Assembly (NCBI GenBank): GCA_964016885.1
Contig: OZ024742.1
Location: 253,580,001-253,644,000 of the forward strand
From: Eledone cirrhosa
Lineage: Eukaryota
Length of the DNA stretch: 64,000 nucleotides
Direction: 5' to 3'
Position 1 is the first letter of the stretch. The number at the start of each line of letters is the position of its first letter. The notes beneath the pieces are model-generated. The model was not told the DNA's origin. It did not search any database and saw only the letters and a list, made by a program, of their open reading frames with translations. Of the stretch, positions 39,480-53,275 are shown one piece after another. Made by a program: the position numbers and the translations under genes.

Positions 39480-40910
39480 TATATAAATGCAGATGGATTC
39501 AGTAAGAAACTGGTGAGACCATTATTCACCAGAGTATCCAATACTAGGGGTAGTAGAATATGGTTATATGAATTTTCTGTTGATGTTGGCAATTGTGGTT
39601 GTGTATATTTTCTTTTATTTGTTGGTGGTAGTGCTGTGTGGATGTGTTTGTGTTTGTTGTATGGTGTCTGCATTTTCTGTTGTGTTTGTGTGATGTCAGA
39701 GGTTTTTTTTCTTTTGATTTGTGTTTGTGCTTTAGTTTTTTGGCCCTTTGCAGTTGTCCTTTATTTTTGCTTTGAAAAGACGTCGTCTTCTCTGTGCCTG
39801 TTTCAGATGTTGGTGGGTGTGTGCTTCTGTTTGTGTATGTGTTTCTTGTTGTTGGAGGGGGTGCTACCTTCCTTTTTGGTGGTGGTGTTTGAGTTTGTCA
39901 TTGTCGTTGTTGGTAGTGGTTTAGCTACTGATACTGAGGGTGCTGTTGATTTAGTTGTAGCTGCTAGTGATTGACTTATTGGAGCTATGGTATTTTTGTC
40001 CCTGTATTAGTGCTGGCAGCAAATTTTCAGCTGAGCGCAAAAGGCTTGCAGATGAGTGGATTCTCCACAAACGAAGCAGTGAGGCCATTTTCTTCTGTAA
40101 CGACCTCTATCATGTATCCGTCTGGTAGTTTCACATGGTCTGGGATATTTTTTATATTTTCAGGTTTGATTTGGAGGAAAATCTCCAAACCAGTCCTAGA
40201 CCATTTCTCCCTCTTTGTAAATTTTACATTGAGGAGGACATCAGGGTCCTCTGCAGCCAGCATAGGTCCAGTCCTGGTGGGATACTGGGCACGTGTACTC
40301 TTACACTCCTCCCCCCAATGTAAGATGTGTACATTCTGATGTGGTCCAACTTTCAGGGGATCACCAAATGATTGATAGCAATGGCCTCAGTTTTCAAGAG
40401 CACTGAGATGCTCCCAAATTGCTAGGCTCTTGTTATGTCAATATCGTTTGAGATGCACTTTAATGTTACCTCCACTTGTGGTTGAGAAGTCATCACTGCT
40501 TTATGAGAGTGCATCTGTATTTGAGAGTTCTTCTTTCAGTTGCTGCCAGCACCTCTGCAGGAACGTTTAAGTTGGCCCAGATGTTTTCCTCTAGTTACGA
40601 TTTTTGCTGCCTGGCCAAACATTCTTCCTAATCGGAAATGTCCTTCATAATTAGTTTGTTGTTCACAGTGTTGCTGCTGGTGTTCTCAGCATTATTTTTG
40701 CTGGCATTTTTCTTTTCACTGTGGCTATTGCTGTTAGTGTTGTTGTTGTTCATGTTGTTGTTGATTGAGCTGCTGGGTGACATTTGTTTTGCTACTGTTG
40801 TCACAGTTACTATTCCTGCTGCTGTTTTCCTTTCCTTTCTTACTGTTGTTGTAGGTATTGTTGTTGTTGTTGTTGTTAGTGTTGGGATTCTTGTCGCTAT
40901 TCTTCTCATT
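39480..40910 (-). pseudogene. Decayed LINE ORF1/gag-like gene (Tx1/L1-like) with CCHC knuckle
   Basis: Minus strand ~40037-40078 reads CFVCGESTHLQAFC, frameshifted from IPDHVKLPDGYMIEVVTE; Thr/Asn-rich low-complexity flanks. Confidence 0.55.
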
Positions 40911-41099
40911 CATATTGTTTATTTTGTAGTTGGTGCTACTGTTGTTGTCACTGTTGCTGTTGTTGTTGTTACAGCTGTTCTTGTTATCACAATTGAGAAA
41001 ATGATTTCATCCCTTGTTTACTGTATAAATATGGTTTTTAACTTATTTATTCTTGAGGTTGTCTGCCTGTTGACAGCCAATAGCACACTCATTTCTTTA

Positions 41100-42815
41100 C
41101 TTTCTCTGTTGAAAACCAGAATGTACCATCTCGACCATCTCTAACATCAAATTCCATAACAACTATGGAATTTACACCTGCAATGCTGCGACATCACCTT
41201 AAGAATAAACGCATCTATGCCTCAAATGTGGTGGGTACTTCCTTTTGCACCAGCTTTCTTTCTTCTTTCAATACTGTCTCAACAATGGTGCTACTCCGGA
41301 GCAGTGGAAAACTGCCAGTGTCATTCCCTTGTTCAAAAAGGGTGACCGCACGTCACCTGTCAACTATCATCCAGTCAGTTTTACTAGCTGTATTGCCAAA
41401 CTGATGGAATCCTGTGTCAGAGAAACACTTTGGAACTTCTGGAGCTCTCACAGCCTCATCCGGTCCTCACAATTTAGATTTATCCCTAACTCCAGCTGCT
41501 GTGATAAGCTTATCGAGTTCCTTGAAGACATTACCTGGATCACTGACAGCGGCTCATGGGTGGATGTTGTTTACCTTGACTTCGCTAAGGCTTTTAATTC
41601 TGTGCCACACAAAAGACTTATGGCGAAACTCTCTGCAATGGGTGTGAAGGATGATCTTTTTAACTGGTTGAAATCCTTCATTCTCAGCCGAAAAGAGGTA
41701 GTCATGGTTCTAGGACAGCATTCTTCACCATATGAGATGTCATCTGGTGTACCACATGGATCTGTTCTTGGTCCCCTTTTGTTTGTTGCATACATTAATG
41801 ACATAGATGCCAACTTAAAGAATGCCACAGTACTGAAATATACAGATGACATCAAGCTGCACCTTGAAATCAAAAGGACAGATCCTGAAATCTATAACTC
41901 TTTCCTACAATCAGACCTGGACACAATGCAGCAATGGATCACTGACTGGCAACTGAAGCTGGCTGTGGACAAGTGTACCACCATGCATTTTGGGTGGAAA
42001 AATCCAACGTCCACATACTCCCTCGACAACACTGATATCAAGAAGTCCTCTTGTGAACATGACCTGGGCATTACTGTCAGCAGCGATTTGCGTTGGACAA
42101 AGCACATCTCTAAAATTGTCAAGAAGGCCGAGGGTGTCTTGGCATCACTCAGCAAGACCTTTGTTAGCCGCTCTCCAGCCATCTATTTAAAGCTGTATAC
42201 AGCTATGGTACGACCACACTTGGAATTCGCATCATCAGTCTGGAACCCCTATCTTGCTCAGAACATTGACCTCCTGGAAACTGTTCAGAGACGTGTAACC
42301 AAGCGCATACCCTCCATCAGACACCTACCATACTCTGAACGCCTTGATTCCCTGGGCATGGATTCATTGAAGCTCCGACATCTGGCAATGGACTTGGTAA
42401 ACACCCACAAAATTATTAACCATCTCGCCAACAACAACCCTGAGCACCTTTTTGATCTCCATGTGTCTAACACACGTGGACATGCCTACAAAGTCAGAAA
42501 ACAGCACAGATCCCATGACTTTTGGAAACATTTTTTCGCGCTTAGAGTTACTGAAGCATGGAACAAACTGCCTGCGTCAGTTGTTAGCTGCCGAGACACT
42601 GCATCCTTTAAAACCCTCATGCTTCCCGAAATTCGCCAAAACTACACCTGATGTCCCCCTTACATACACATACACACGTTTTTATCTTGACACATGCAAT
42701 GTTCATTTTCCTGACGTTTGTACATTACCCTATGTACTATACATACACTTTTGATGAGTTGTAGTGCACCTGAGCACTGTACTCAATATTTTCATTGTTA
42801 TTATCATTATTATTA
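41100..42815 (+). mobile_element. 5'-truncated CR1-group (CR1/Zenon/L2-like) LINE; RT region open over 41245-42651
   Basis: WKTASVIPLFKKG, YLDFAKAFNSVPH, SGVPHGSVLGPLLF, KYTDD, RPHLEFASSVWNP; 3' stem-loop AGTGCACCTGAGCACT and (TTA)n tail; no endonuclease domain. Confidence 0.9.
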
Positions 42816-43607
42816 AATAAACAGTATCAGAGTTGTATCATGACATTTCCATGTTTGAGTTTGACAATTAAAATACAGTTTATAAATAAAAGTTTGCAGG
42901 CAGACAACCCCCGTAGGGGTGTCTCATCATCATCATTGTCGATTAATGTCTATCTTCCATGCTAGCATGGGTTAGACGGGTTTGTCCCATTTAGAGGCAA
43001 GTTGAGTCGGGTGACCATGTCTCGCTCATATAAGAGAGTTTCTGGCAGCTTCATGCCCTTCCTAACGACAACCACATTGACAGTATGTGCTGGGTGCTTT
43101 TTGCCGTGTCTTTTAAACATCCACTTTACAGAATGGGTTGGGTGTTTTGGGGCTGGTTTTCTACGGCTGGATGCCCTTCTTAATGCCAACCACATTTACA
43201 GTGTCACCGACACAACACAGTGCAGACTAGGGAGGGGGGAGGGACTTGGGGGAAAAATATGTGGATAGGGTAGTAGGGGAGGTATGGTTATCGTTAAGGG
43301 AAGTGAATGTTGTCTATCAACACAAAATACTTTACCTGCAGGAAGCAGGTAAACTTAACTAAACTTTTATTAAGTTTAAAACTTAAATAAAAGATTAGAT
43401 TAAGCAAAAAAAGGATAACATACTTTGTATATACTGAGGGTGGGGAGTGAATTATATCACCATTAGTGCTTGACTGGTATTTTATTTTATTGACCTAGAA
43501 GGATGAAAACCAAAGTTGGCCCGAGCCAGATTTGAACTCAGAAAGTTTATTTCCTTTCATCTCACACAACTCTGCCAATCAACTGTCGTTTTAATAAACA
43601 TAATAAT

Positions 43608-43776
43608 AATAATTGCTTCTACTTTTGGCACAAGGCCAGCAATTACTCCAGTGCATTACTGGTACTTTATTTTATCGACCCTGTAAGGATGAAAGGCAAA
43701 GTTAACCTTGGCTGGATTTGAACTCAGACCATAATGGCGTCCGACCCTCTACCGATACTGCCAATCCACCGCCCTT
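43608..43776 (-). mobile_element. Family-B SINE in an (AAT)n site; an older copy lies at ~43455-43570
   Basis: Consensus match, ending ..GCCAATCCACCGCCC. Confidence 0.85.
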
Positions 43777-44279
43777 AATAATAATAATAATGAAATCCAA
43801 TCCCTTACCTTATAGCTGTAAAGTGAGGTATGGACAACAAATCAATAAGGAGTGAAAGAAGAGAGAGGAAAGAGGTTATTGATTTTGCCTGCAAACTGCA
43901 AAATATGCAAATTCTTTCCATTTTTTGAAACATTTTATCCTAAATATGTTTTATCATTATAAATCTTAAGGGAGGGGAAACTAAATTAATTTATTATGAC
44001 AGCCATTTATTTATATTTCAATGATGTTTCCCTTTCCACCTACAGCTGCACTCCTCATATTTCAATTAACATGGCTTGAAAAACATTAGTATATTTGTTT
44101 TTTCATTTACTATTCCTATGTGAATAAAAAGTATATGGTAATTCATGAAAAACAAATTTTGTAGCAGTAAAAAAATAAGAAAATCATGAGCTAAGGCACA
44201 TATAATTTCAAATGATTTCTTTTTACTTAGTTTGCTGAAATTAAAATATAACTTGGAGTTAAAATTCAAAATTGTGGGT

Positions 44280-44592
44280 TTTAACACTTTTGATACCCAA
44301 CCTCATAAAACCTCTCTGGTTCTAAGTTACAAAACTGTTTGTTTTAAGATGTTTATAAATATATCTAAAAACCTTCCATCATAAATTTATGTAAACATCT
44401 TTGTTAAGGTATGTTCCAAACACCAGCTTAATGAGAAAGTTAGTTATAATACTAAATCCCTCCAAATTCTTGATTATTTTCAAAATTATTTGAACATCTT
44501 AGTCAGTGTCTTTCATTAGAAATAGGATAAGAAAAGGGTTAAATATAGGCAGCATCATTCATTAGAAATATGGTAATGAAAGGGCTAAACAT
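44280..44592 (+). mobile_element. Small TTAA-ended (piggyBac-like) MITE; related copies at ~6590-6830, ~49870-50155 and ~50745-51055
   Basis: Left TTAACACTTTTGATACC, right AAAAGGGTTAA; shared internal GTTCCAAA.AC..G.TTAAT..GA.AAGTTAGTT..ACTAAATCCCTC. Confidence 0.55.
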
Positions 44593-45189
44593 ATCAGTAT
44601 TATTCATTAGAAATATGCTTAAAGGATTTTTTAAAGTTTGAGTGTTGGTTGAAACTTAGAAAAAAATAGAGGTGTTAATCATCTGTGTTTCCATTATTGA
44701 ATATTTTCTGTCAACTACAACTCCTAGCAGAGGAAAGAGCTGATTGTGAGATCGAACTAAGGAAACAATGTTTCCATAGGTCTTTCCATTGTTGGTTGAA
44801 ACTCCTGGCAGAAGAAAGGAGCTGATCATCAGATCAAACCATTGAATCAATGTTGTTACTGGGATTTTCACTATTGATATTACCTGTTGGTTTGAAACTC
44901 CTGGCAGAAGGAGATAGAATTTGAACTCAGAACACACAGAGCCACATCAGATACTGCAAAGCATTCTCTCTAATGTCATAACAACATCAATCCACTGTCC
45001 CTAACCTGAACTGGACTGATATTATTTATTAACCCTAGAATGTTGAAAGACAAACTGGACCTTGATTGAGATTTGAACTCAGAACACAACGAGTCAGGAG
45101 ATATACTGGAGATATACAGGAGATATACAGGAGATATACTGGAGCACTCTAAAACTGCTAATTTAGTCCTGGAACTTGTGATTTAGATA

Positions 45190-45376
45190 TAATTGTTTCT
45201 ACTTTTAGCACAAGACTAGAAATTACCCAGTACATTACTGGTACTTTATTTTATCGACCGCGTAAGGATGAAAGGCAAAGTTAACCTCGGCGGGATTTGA
45301 ACTCAGATCGTAAAAGGACGTAACTATGCTGGAAAGCATGTCCGACTCTCTACCGATACTGCCAATTCACCGCCCT
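45190..45376 (-). mobile_element. Family-B SINE with TSD
   Basis: Flanking direct repeat TTAGATATAAT. Confidence 0.85.
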
Positions 45377-45429
45377 TAGATATAATGTACCTAGAATATT
45401 ATCTTTGAATTAGAGGTTCAATTAGAGGC

Positions 45430-45615
45430 TTAGTATATATAGTGTTCAGCTCATGATTGTAAGGTTGTGATTTCTATTTCTGGCAGTGCAATGTCTCCTT
45501 GAGCAAGACACTTTATTTCATGTTGCTCTAGTTCACGTAGCTAAAAAAATGAGTTGTACATATCATTCAAAGGTCCAGCCCTGTCGCATATTGTGTTACC
45601 TGAGTTAGACTATGA
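45430..45615 (+). mobile_element. Older CORE-SINE subfamily; a similar copy lies at ~48170-48470
   Basis: CCTTGAGCAAGACACTTTATTTCATGTTGCTC with a diverged head and a different 3' body. Confidence 0.7.
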
Positions 45616-45728
45616 ATTATGTTATATATATATATGTCTGTGGAATACACATCCCTTTACATTTTAATAGATAGATAGATAAGTGGATGATAGAGAACAA
45701 TATAACACTTATATATATGTATAAATCA

Positions 45729-46130
45729 CTAAGCACAACTGATGCTGCACACCAGGTCTGAACATGGAAGGGCAGAACTGCCACTGTCATCTCTCTCACC
45801 CTCCCCATCTCTCTGTATTATGAGCAAATGTGCTGGCCTCTCCACGGCCCCGGCAGACAGAATGGAGAAGGCATTTCCCTGGAGGCTGGTAAGGGAGATG
45901 CACTGGAAAAGCCATTCCATCTCGCGAGGCTCACACCAGTGGCTAGCCAGCTCAGGGCCTATGGTGGTAAGTAGGGAGGTAGCCCTAGGGCCAAGAGCAC
46001 CAGAAGTCTCCACTGCTAGGGGCACAACCGCAAAACTGTCGGAGAGCGACCGATACTTGGAGAGTTTGCTCTCCTTAGCCCGAAGTACAGCAGAACCTGG
46101 GTTAGTCGCAGACTGCACCAGGTTGCAAAA
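45729..46130 (-). mobile_element. CRE-clade-like non-LTR retrotransposon 3' fragment (end of restriction-like endonuclease)
   Basis: AKESKLSKYRSLSDSFAVVPLAVETSGALGPRATSLL..WLFQCISLTSLQGNAFSIL. Confidence 0.7.
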
Positions 46131-46695
46131 CTGACAGAGGATCTATCACTATCATTATCACCTAGAATAGCATTATTGAACATAACCTTCTGTTTATAAG
46201 ATTGTAAAGAGTGATTTGTTCTTATTTCTAGCTATTTGAATGATCACATGTAAGCTTGTAATGAAATATTTGATATTCCAAGTGTAAATAATTTAATTAA
46301 CCAAGCTGATAATTAAAATCAAAGATAGAGAAAAAAGTTATGATATAAGCTATAGATTAATTAGCAGAGGGTGGAGGAAGTGTTTAAGTTTAAGGTGACC
46401 TTGTCTTCAAAAAACAAGACAATAGGTTAAGACTGTTTGAATGTAAAGTATTTTCAATGCAACTGCTATGGATATCAAGGTATTATTATACCGGTTTCAC
46501 TCACGAAGCATTCCTACATTACTCACGATATAACCAAGCAGCATAAAGATGAAAATGGCATGTACAATGGCTTAAGTGAGTGCCTAATACATTTGAATTA
46601 CTTTGACTTTATTGTTTTTAGAGAAATGTATGTATATATATATATATATATGTGAATAAATGAATATGTATAGATATATATGTGTATATATGTGC

Positions 46696-46832
<137 letters not shown>

Positions 46833-47236
46833 GCTTAATGGAGAATGTCATATAGAATTGAAAATATAATCAACTTCGTGACATGCAATTATTTTTATCT
46901 TAAAATTAGATTTGAGAAATTTCCAGTAAAAGCAAGGTGAAATTTCTTGTTAAAATGGAGATGGTGAAAAGCTAACAGTAGTGTTTTACACACACACACA
47001 CACATATATATATATGTATATATACATATGCATATATAGATACATGTATACATCCTATATACATTCACATCTATACAAATGTATGTACCTAAATACATAC
47101 ATGAATAAGTAGATAAAGGAACATAGTCTATATATCCATATCTACACACACATACACACACACACACTCTCTCTCTCACACACACACATATATATATATA
47201 TACATAGATATATACACATATACATGCACACATATA

Positions 47237-47368
<132 letters not shown>

Positions 47369-47539
47369 CACATAAAACCTGCGGCTCAGTAGTTACCGAT
47401 GATGTTGATCTTTTCTTCTTTTCGGGTTATAGCTACTGTCGCTCAGAGAGTGGGATTGGCTCAGTGCACAGTCTTTCGTCACTTTAAAAAATATCTTCAT
47501 GCACAGGTATTGCATGATAGAATTAATTAAATATTATTA

Positions 47540-47636
47540 ATAATTGTTTCTACTTTTGGCACAAGGCCAGCAATTATTCCAGAGCATTACTGGTACTTTA
47601 TTTTATCAACCCCGTAAGGATGAAAGGCAAAGTTAA
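47540..47636 (-). mobile_element. 5'-truncated family-B SINE with TSD
   Basis: Flanking repeat ATTAAATATTATTAATAAT. Confidence 0.8.
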
Positions 47637-47865
47637 TACCATTATTAAATATTATTAATAATGGTATATTGTGCAATGGCCATACTCGATAACGAGGGGG
47701 CAACCATCATATATATATATACATATGTAAACATATATATATATATATATACCAACTAGATTATCTTTATAAATATCTATTTATACATATGTTTTCACCT
47801 CATTGTTTTAGATGTTAGATTCTAGAAACAGTAAAGATGCATAATCACAAACGCATACATATATG

Positions 47866-47921
<56 letters not shown>

Positions 47922-48559
47922 CAAATATAGAGATGCATATATTGACATACTCATACATATGTAGAAATGCATATATATACACACAATCACACATCATGCA
48001 TATATGGACATACATATATTTCTACACATATGTACACACACATATATATATATATGTACACACACATACATATGTATATATATATGCATATGTACATGCA
48101 GCCACATATAGATGCATAAACTCATACTTATACACACGCATTTATGAACAAATGCCTAAATGTTAAGAGAAGGTGCTTGGCTTAGTGGTTAAGATGTTTG
48201 GATCATTATTGTAAAGTAGAGAGTTCAGTCTGTAGTAGAATATTGTGTTCTTGAGCAAGACAGTTTATTTCATGTTGCTCCAATCAACTCAGTTGGACAA
48301 AATAAGTTATACCAGTATTTAAAATGACTAGCCATGTCTTGCTGAATCTTCCTGAAACTAAATTGAGGATGTATTTGTCTTTGGAATGCTCAGTCACTTA
48401 GATGGTTATCACACAAGCTCGCTGTTCCATTGTCCAAACCACTGGAACTCTTGTCATTGGAACGAACTGTGATAACAACTACATACACACATACGAGATA
48501 CGTATACATACATAGACATGCAGGCAGATATAAATATTATGACATGTTTATCTACTTCA

Positions 48560-49425
48560 TGTATCTGGTTTAAAATAAGTACATCATAACTGTACATGTT
48601 TAAAAAGGTAACCAACACAGTTAGCATCACAAAGGACATCCAGCTGTGTATTTGGTTTACAATGAGTACACCATAACTCTACATGTTTAAAAAGGTAACC
48701 AACACAGTTAGCATCACAAAGGACATCCAGCTGTGTATTTGGTTTACAATGAGTACACCATAACTCTACATGTTTAAAAAGGTAACCAACACACTTAGCA
48801 TAACAAAGGACATCCAGCTGTGTATTTGGTTTACAATGAGTACACCATAACTCTACATGTTTAAAAAGGTAACCAACACAGTTAGCATCACAAAGGACAT
48901 CCAGCTGTGTATTTGGTTTACAATGAGTACACCATAACTCTACATGTTTAAAAAGGTAACCAACACAGTTAGCATCACAAAGGACATCCAGCTGTGTATT
49001 TGGTTTACAATGAGTACACCATAACTCTACATGTTTAAAAAGGTAACCAACACAGTTAGCATAACAAAGGACATCCAGCTGTGTATTTGGTTTACAATGA
49101 GTACACCATAACCCTACGTTTTTAAAAAGGTAACTAACATGGTTGGGACTAGGAAGTGCATCTAATAGTGTATCTGGTTTAAAATAGGTTCACCATAACC
49201 CTAAGTGTTTAATGGAGCAACTATCAAGGTTGGAATCATGAAGAGCACCCAAATGTGTATCTGGTTTAGAATAGGTACATGTTTAAAGAGGTAGCTAACA
49301 GAGTTGACACCAGGAAGGGCAAAAGGCTATTTACCCAGTTTAGAATAAGTACACCATAAACCTAGATGTTTAAAGAAGTAAGTAACATAGTAGGCACTAC
49401 AAAGGGCAAAAGGCTGTGTGTATCC
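48560..49425. repeat. 87-bp minisatellite: about 6 near-identical units (48585-49106) plus degenerate flanking units
   Basis: Unit starts at 48585, 48672, 48759, 48846, 48933, 49020 and 49107. Confidence 0.95.
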
Positions 49426-49673
49426 ACTAGTAGTATTAGTAGCAGTGGTGGTGAGGGTAGTGGTGGTAATAGTAGCAGTAGCAGTAGTGGTTGTGGTAGT
49501 ACTAGTAGTAGTAGTGGTGGTGGTGGTAATAGTAGTAATAGTAGTGGTGGTGGTGGTAATAGTAGTGGTGGTGGTGGTAACCTATAGAGATTAAGCCAGT
49601 TATATAAATTTATAAACATAACCAGAGAAGTTGGATGGATGGCAATTCAAAACAGTTTTATTTTTTATATGTA

Positions 49674-49855
49674 ATATTGTTTTTACTTTTGGCACAAAGC
49701 CAGCAATTATTCCAGTGCATTACTGGTACTTTATTTTATCGACCCCGTAAGAATGAAAGGCAAAGTTAACCTCGGCGCTATTTGAACTCAGACCATAAAG
49801 GGTCGTAACTCTTTGCTGCAAAGCATAGCGTCCGACCCTCTACCGATACTGCCAA
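49674..49855 (-). mobile_element. Family-B SINE
   Basis: Consensus match. Confidence 0.85.
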
Positions 49856-51009
49856 ATATAATCAGTTATTTACACTTTTCATACCAATCTGGCTCAAACC
49901 AGCTCTGGCTCTATGAAACAAAACATTTTAATACCAACCTGGTCAAAATCAGCTTTGGTTCTATGAAATAAAATTATCAATTTTAAAAGGTTCTAATTTA
50001 GATTAAAACATTCCAGCATGATTTTATATATGAAACGTATGTTAAGTTGCGATCTTATTAATGAAATAATTGATAATTTTAGTAAATCCTTGAAAATTCT
50101 TCATTAACTATTTGAAATAGAGTATCTTATTAGAAATTCTATTGCAAAAGGATTTGATTCACCCAAAAGTTTATGCTGATAAAAATATAAATACTAATTT
50201 TTAAAAAATGTCTTTTATCAATCAACAATACACATTTAGCACAAATACTATACCAAACATCTTCATCATCAATATTTTCCATCCATACATCTTATAAGAA
50301 ATATTGTTTCCTGACTTTCTTAGCAGCAACATATCAATTATTTGGTCAGCATTTTACCTCAATATTTAGTAATGACACTGTTTAAGCCCATTTGACTGAT
50401 TGCACTTCTCAAATATTTCTTTGTTGGACTGTGAATGTTGAAGGAGAACTGTAGAGGACATAATGTGGCAGGAAAGGTTGCCAAGATATGAAGCCATTTT
50501 GTTGAAGACTGGCAGTATGCCATGAAAATCATTCTTGTAAACAGTTTTAATAACACCAATTGCAGCTGCATGTGAACCTAATATGACCCAGGCATTTGAA
50601 ACATAGCCAAGAAGAATAACTTGAAAAACAGCAAGAAGTCTTTAAGTATTTGCTTGATTTATCTCCCTGAAGTAGCACCCTGTTGACTTAAGTAAGGAAA
50701 GGAAACATTGGAAAGTGTAGTTTTAAATATAGTCCTAAACCATTAAAATACCAAACAACCTAAAATTGCTCCTAGTTCTATGATATAAATTCTTGATAAT
50801 TTTCAAAATTATCTGAAAATCATAGGTAGTGACTTTTTATTAAAAATATAGCAACTAAAGTGTTTTAAATTGTTTATATCTATCTAAATATCTCCCATCA
50901 GAATTTTATGCAAGGGACTTTGTTAAGTTATGTTCCAAATACTGGTTTAATAACGAGAAAGTTAGTTGTATTACTAAATCCCTCGAAATGCTTGATTATT
51001 TGAAAACAA

Positions 51010-51295
51010 TAGGCAATGTCTTTCATTAGAAATAAGATAACGAAAGGGTTAAAGATAAAGGCAGTGTCTTTCATTAGAAATAAGATAATGAAAGGGTTAA
51101 ATATATAGGCAGTGTCTTTCATTAGAAATATGGTAATGAATGGTTTGAGGACATAGGTAATGCTTTTTATTAGAAATATGGTAATGAAATGTTTGAGGAC
51201 ATATGAAGTGTCTTTCATTAGAAATATGATAATAAAAGGGTTAAAGACATAAGTACTGTCTTTCATTAGAAATATGGTAACAAAAGGATTTAAAC
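51010..51295. repeat. 48-bp tandem repeat (about 6 units) built from the right end of the TTAA MITE
   Basis: Unit GCAGTGTCTTTCATTAGAAATA.G.TAATGAAAGGGTTAAA.A.ATAG; the same sequence ends the 44280 element. Confidence 0.9.
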
Positions 51296-52309
51296 AATGG
51301 GTTTAGTAATGAATGAAGTGCCTCACGCTAAACAACTACAACAAATTATACAATAACTACAACAACTGCAACAACCCCTTTCCTAGTTAACACAGGAATT
51401 GCCATCAATGAACTTGGAGGTGTTATGAATGATCAAGGGGTGTGAAAGTTGATTGTACTGTGAATCCCAGCTGGTTGGGATTGGCTGTTTAACCACATCA
51501 TAGGATGATGATGACAACAACAACTAAAACAACTACTACAACAACTACAATAATAACTGCAACATCAACAACTACAACTACAACAATAACTACAACAACA
51601 ATAACATCAACATTCTATCACAACAAGAACAATAATAAAAAAAAAGTACCTGACATCATTCATGTGAGAAGGGTATACCATTGACTCTTATAACAAACAA
51701 CATATGTAAGACAGCTTAAGACCATTTTTGGTTGCGCTGACATTGGTTAGAATGGCGCCAGAGAAGATTCCGAAAAATCCAATTATTTTATCTGGCATGA
51801 CCAGCTTTGAACAAGAAACTGTCTATTGCTTGCAACAGTTGCACATCTGCAGTGTTTGATGCACATTTCATATCTTACATGTGAACATTAACTGTTTTAT
51901 TTATTATATATTATATATCTTTAGTAAGCTTTTGGCTATTTTAATTCTGTTTCAAATATTTCTTTCCTTATATCCCATATCGTTTTACCCTCTCACTCTC
52001 TCTCCCTTTATCTAACCACCCCTACTAGTGCCATTTATTTCTTTTGTGTGTTTGCTTCTCTGAGCTAATAAACACGTCATCTGCAAAGCTGTTTACTAAA
52101 GACAAGAAAGGAAGGAAGTAAAAGGAAGTGGATGAGGGTGGTGGATGAGGAGAGGAAGGAATGGAGAAGAAAAAATTATAAAAGGGAAAGTTTGCAACTG
52201 TCTTGGCATTGAAACTTGCATGGTTAATGCATGTTTCATATTTTTTATGTTTTCTCTATAAAAATATATTGTAACTTTTTTTTTCCTTTTTTTCACTATA
52301 TACATATGT

Positions 52310-52341
<32 letters not shown>

Positions 52342-52810
52342 ACACATATATATATATTGAAATTGAACAGAGACAATATAGGGTTTAGCATGTGACAACA
52401 TTTCTAGTACTGGTGCTACAATAAAATGCATCCACTACATCCTGTAAAGTGATAGTGATGACATCACTATAAAATGCACCCAGTGGAATCTGTTAGATGG
52501 TAGCATTGGCACTACAATAAAATGCACCCAGTACAATCTGTTAAGTGGTAGTGTTGGCACTATAATAAAATGCACCCAGTCCACTCTATAAGTTGATCAT
52601 GCTGGGGATACTAAGAACACACCCAGCACACTTTGTTAGGTGGTTGGTTTTATGAAGAGTACCCAGTCATGGGAACCATGTGAAATAACATAACAAACAA
52701 GATTGATTGCTCACTCCAGCCCCTCTGGCTTCAGACATTGATAAAACCTCCATCCAATGCCAGCATGGAAAGAGGGAATAAATTGATAATGATGATATAT
52801 ATATACATAT

Positions 52811-52884
<74 letters not shown>

Positions 52885-52981
52885 AGTTAAGAACTCAGAG
52901 TAGTCTCTTACAATTACATGTATGTTTATATTAGTGTTCATCTCTCTTGTTTATTCAATTATATTATATATATATATATAT

Positions 52982-53253
52982 ATGTTGTTTCCTTGAGCAA
53001 GACACTTTATTTCACATTGCTCCAGTTTACTCAGCTGTAGAAATGAGATGATAGGGACTGGGGTCCATATCACTCCACTGCAAAGTGGTCGTGGAGGTGC
53101 CACGGCAAAAAAGCACCCAGCACTCACTGTAAATGAGGTTGGTGTTAGGAAGGGCATCCAGCTGTAGAAATCAAGCCAGAATCAGTTCCTGTCCTACCCT
53201 TGCAAGCAGGGAAAAAGCGGACGTAAAATGAAATGATGATGATGAAATGATGA
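52982..53253 (+). mobile_element. 5'-truncated CORE-SINE family A
   Basis: Starts at the CORE region; (GAT)n tail. Confidence 0.85.
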
Positions 53254-53275
53254 TATATATATATATATATATATA

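Noticed and set aside
48585-49110. 87-bp array as a CRISPR array or a 29-codon coding repeat
   Set aside because: Units are identical end to end with no unique spacers, no cas genes, eukaryotic context and no long ORF in the track
49362-49619. Gly/Ser- or Pro/Leu-rich ORFs
   Set aside because: (GGT)n/(AGT)n trinucleotide repeat
50928-51266. 112-aa ORF with 16-aa repeats
   Set aside because: Translation of the 48-bp MITE-end array
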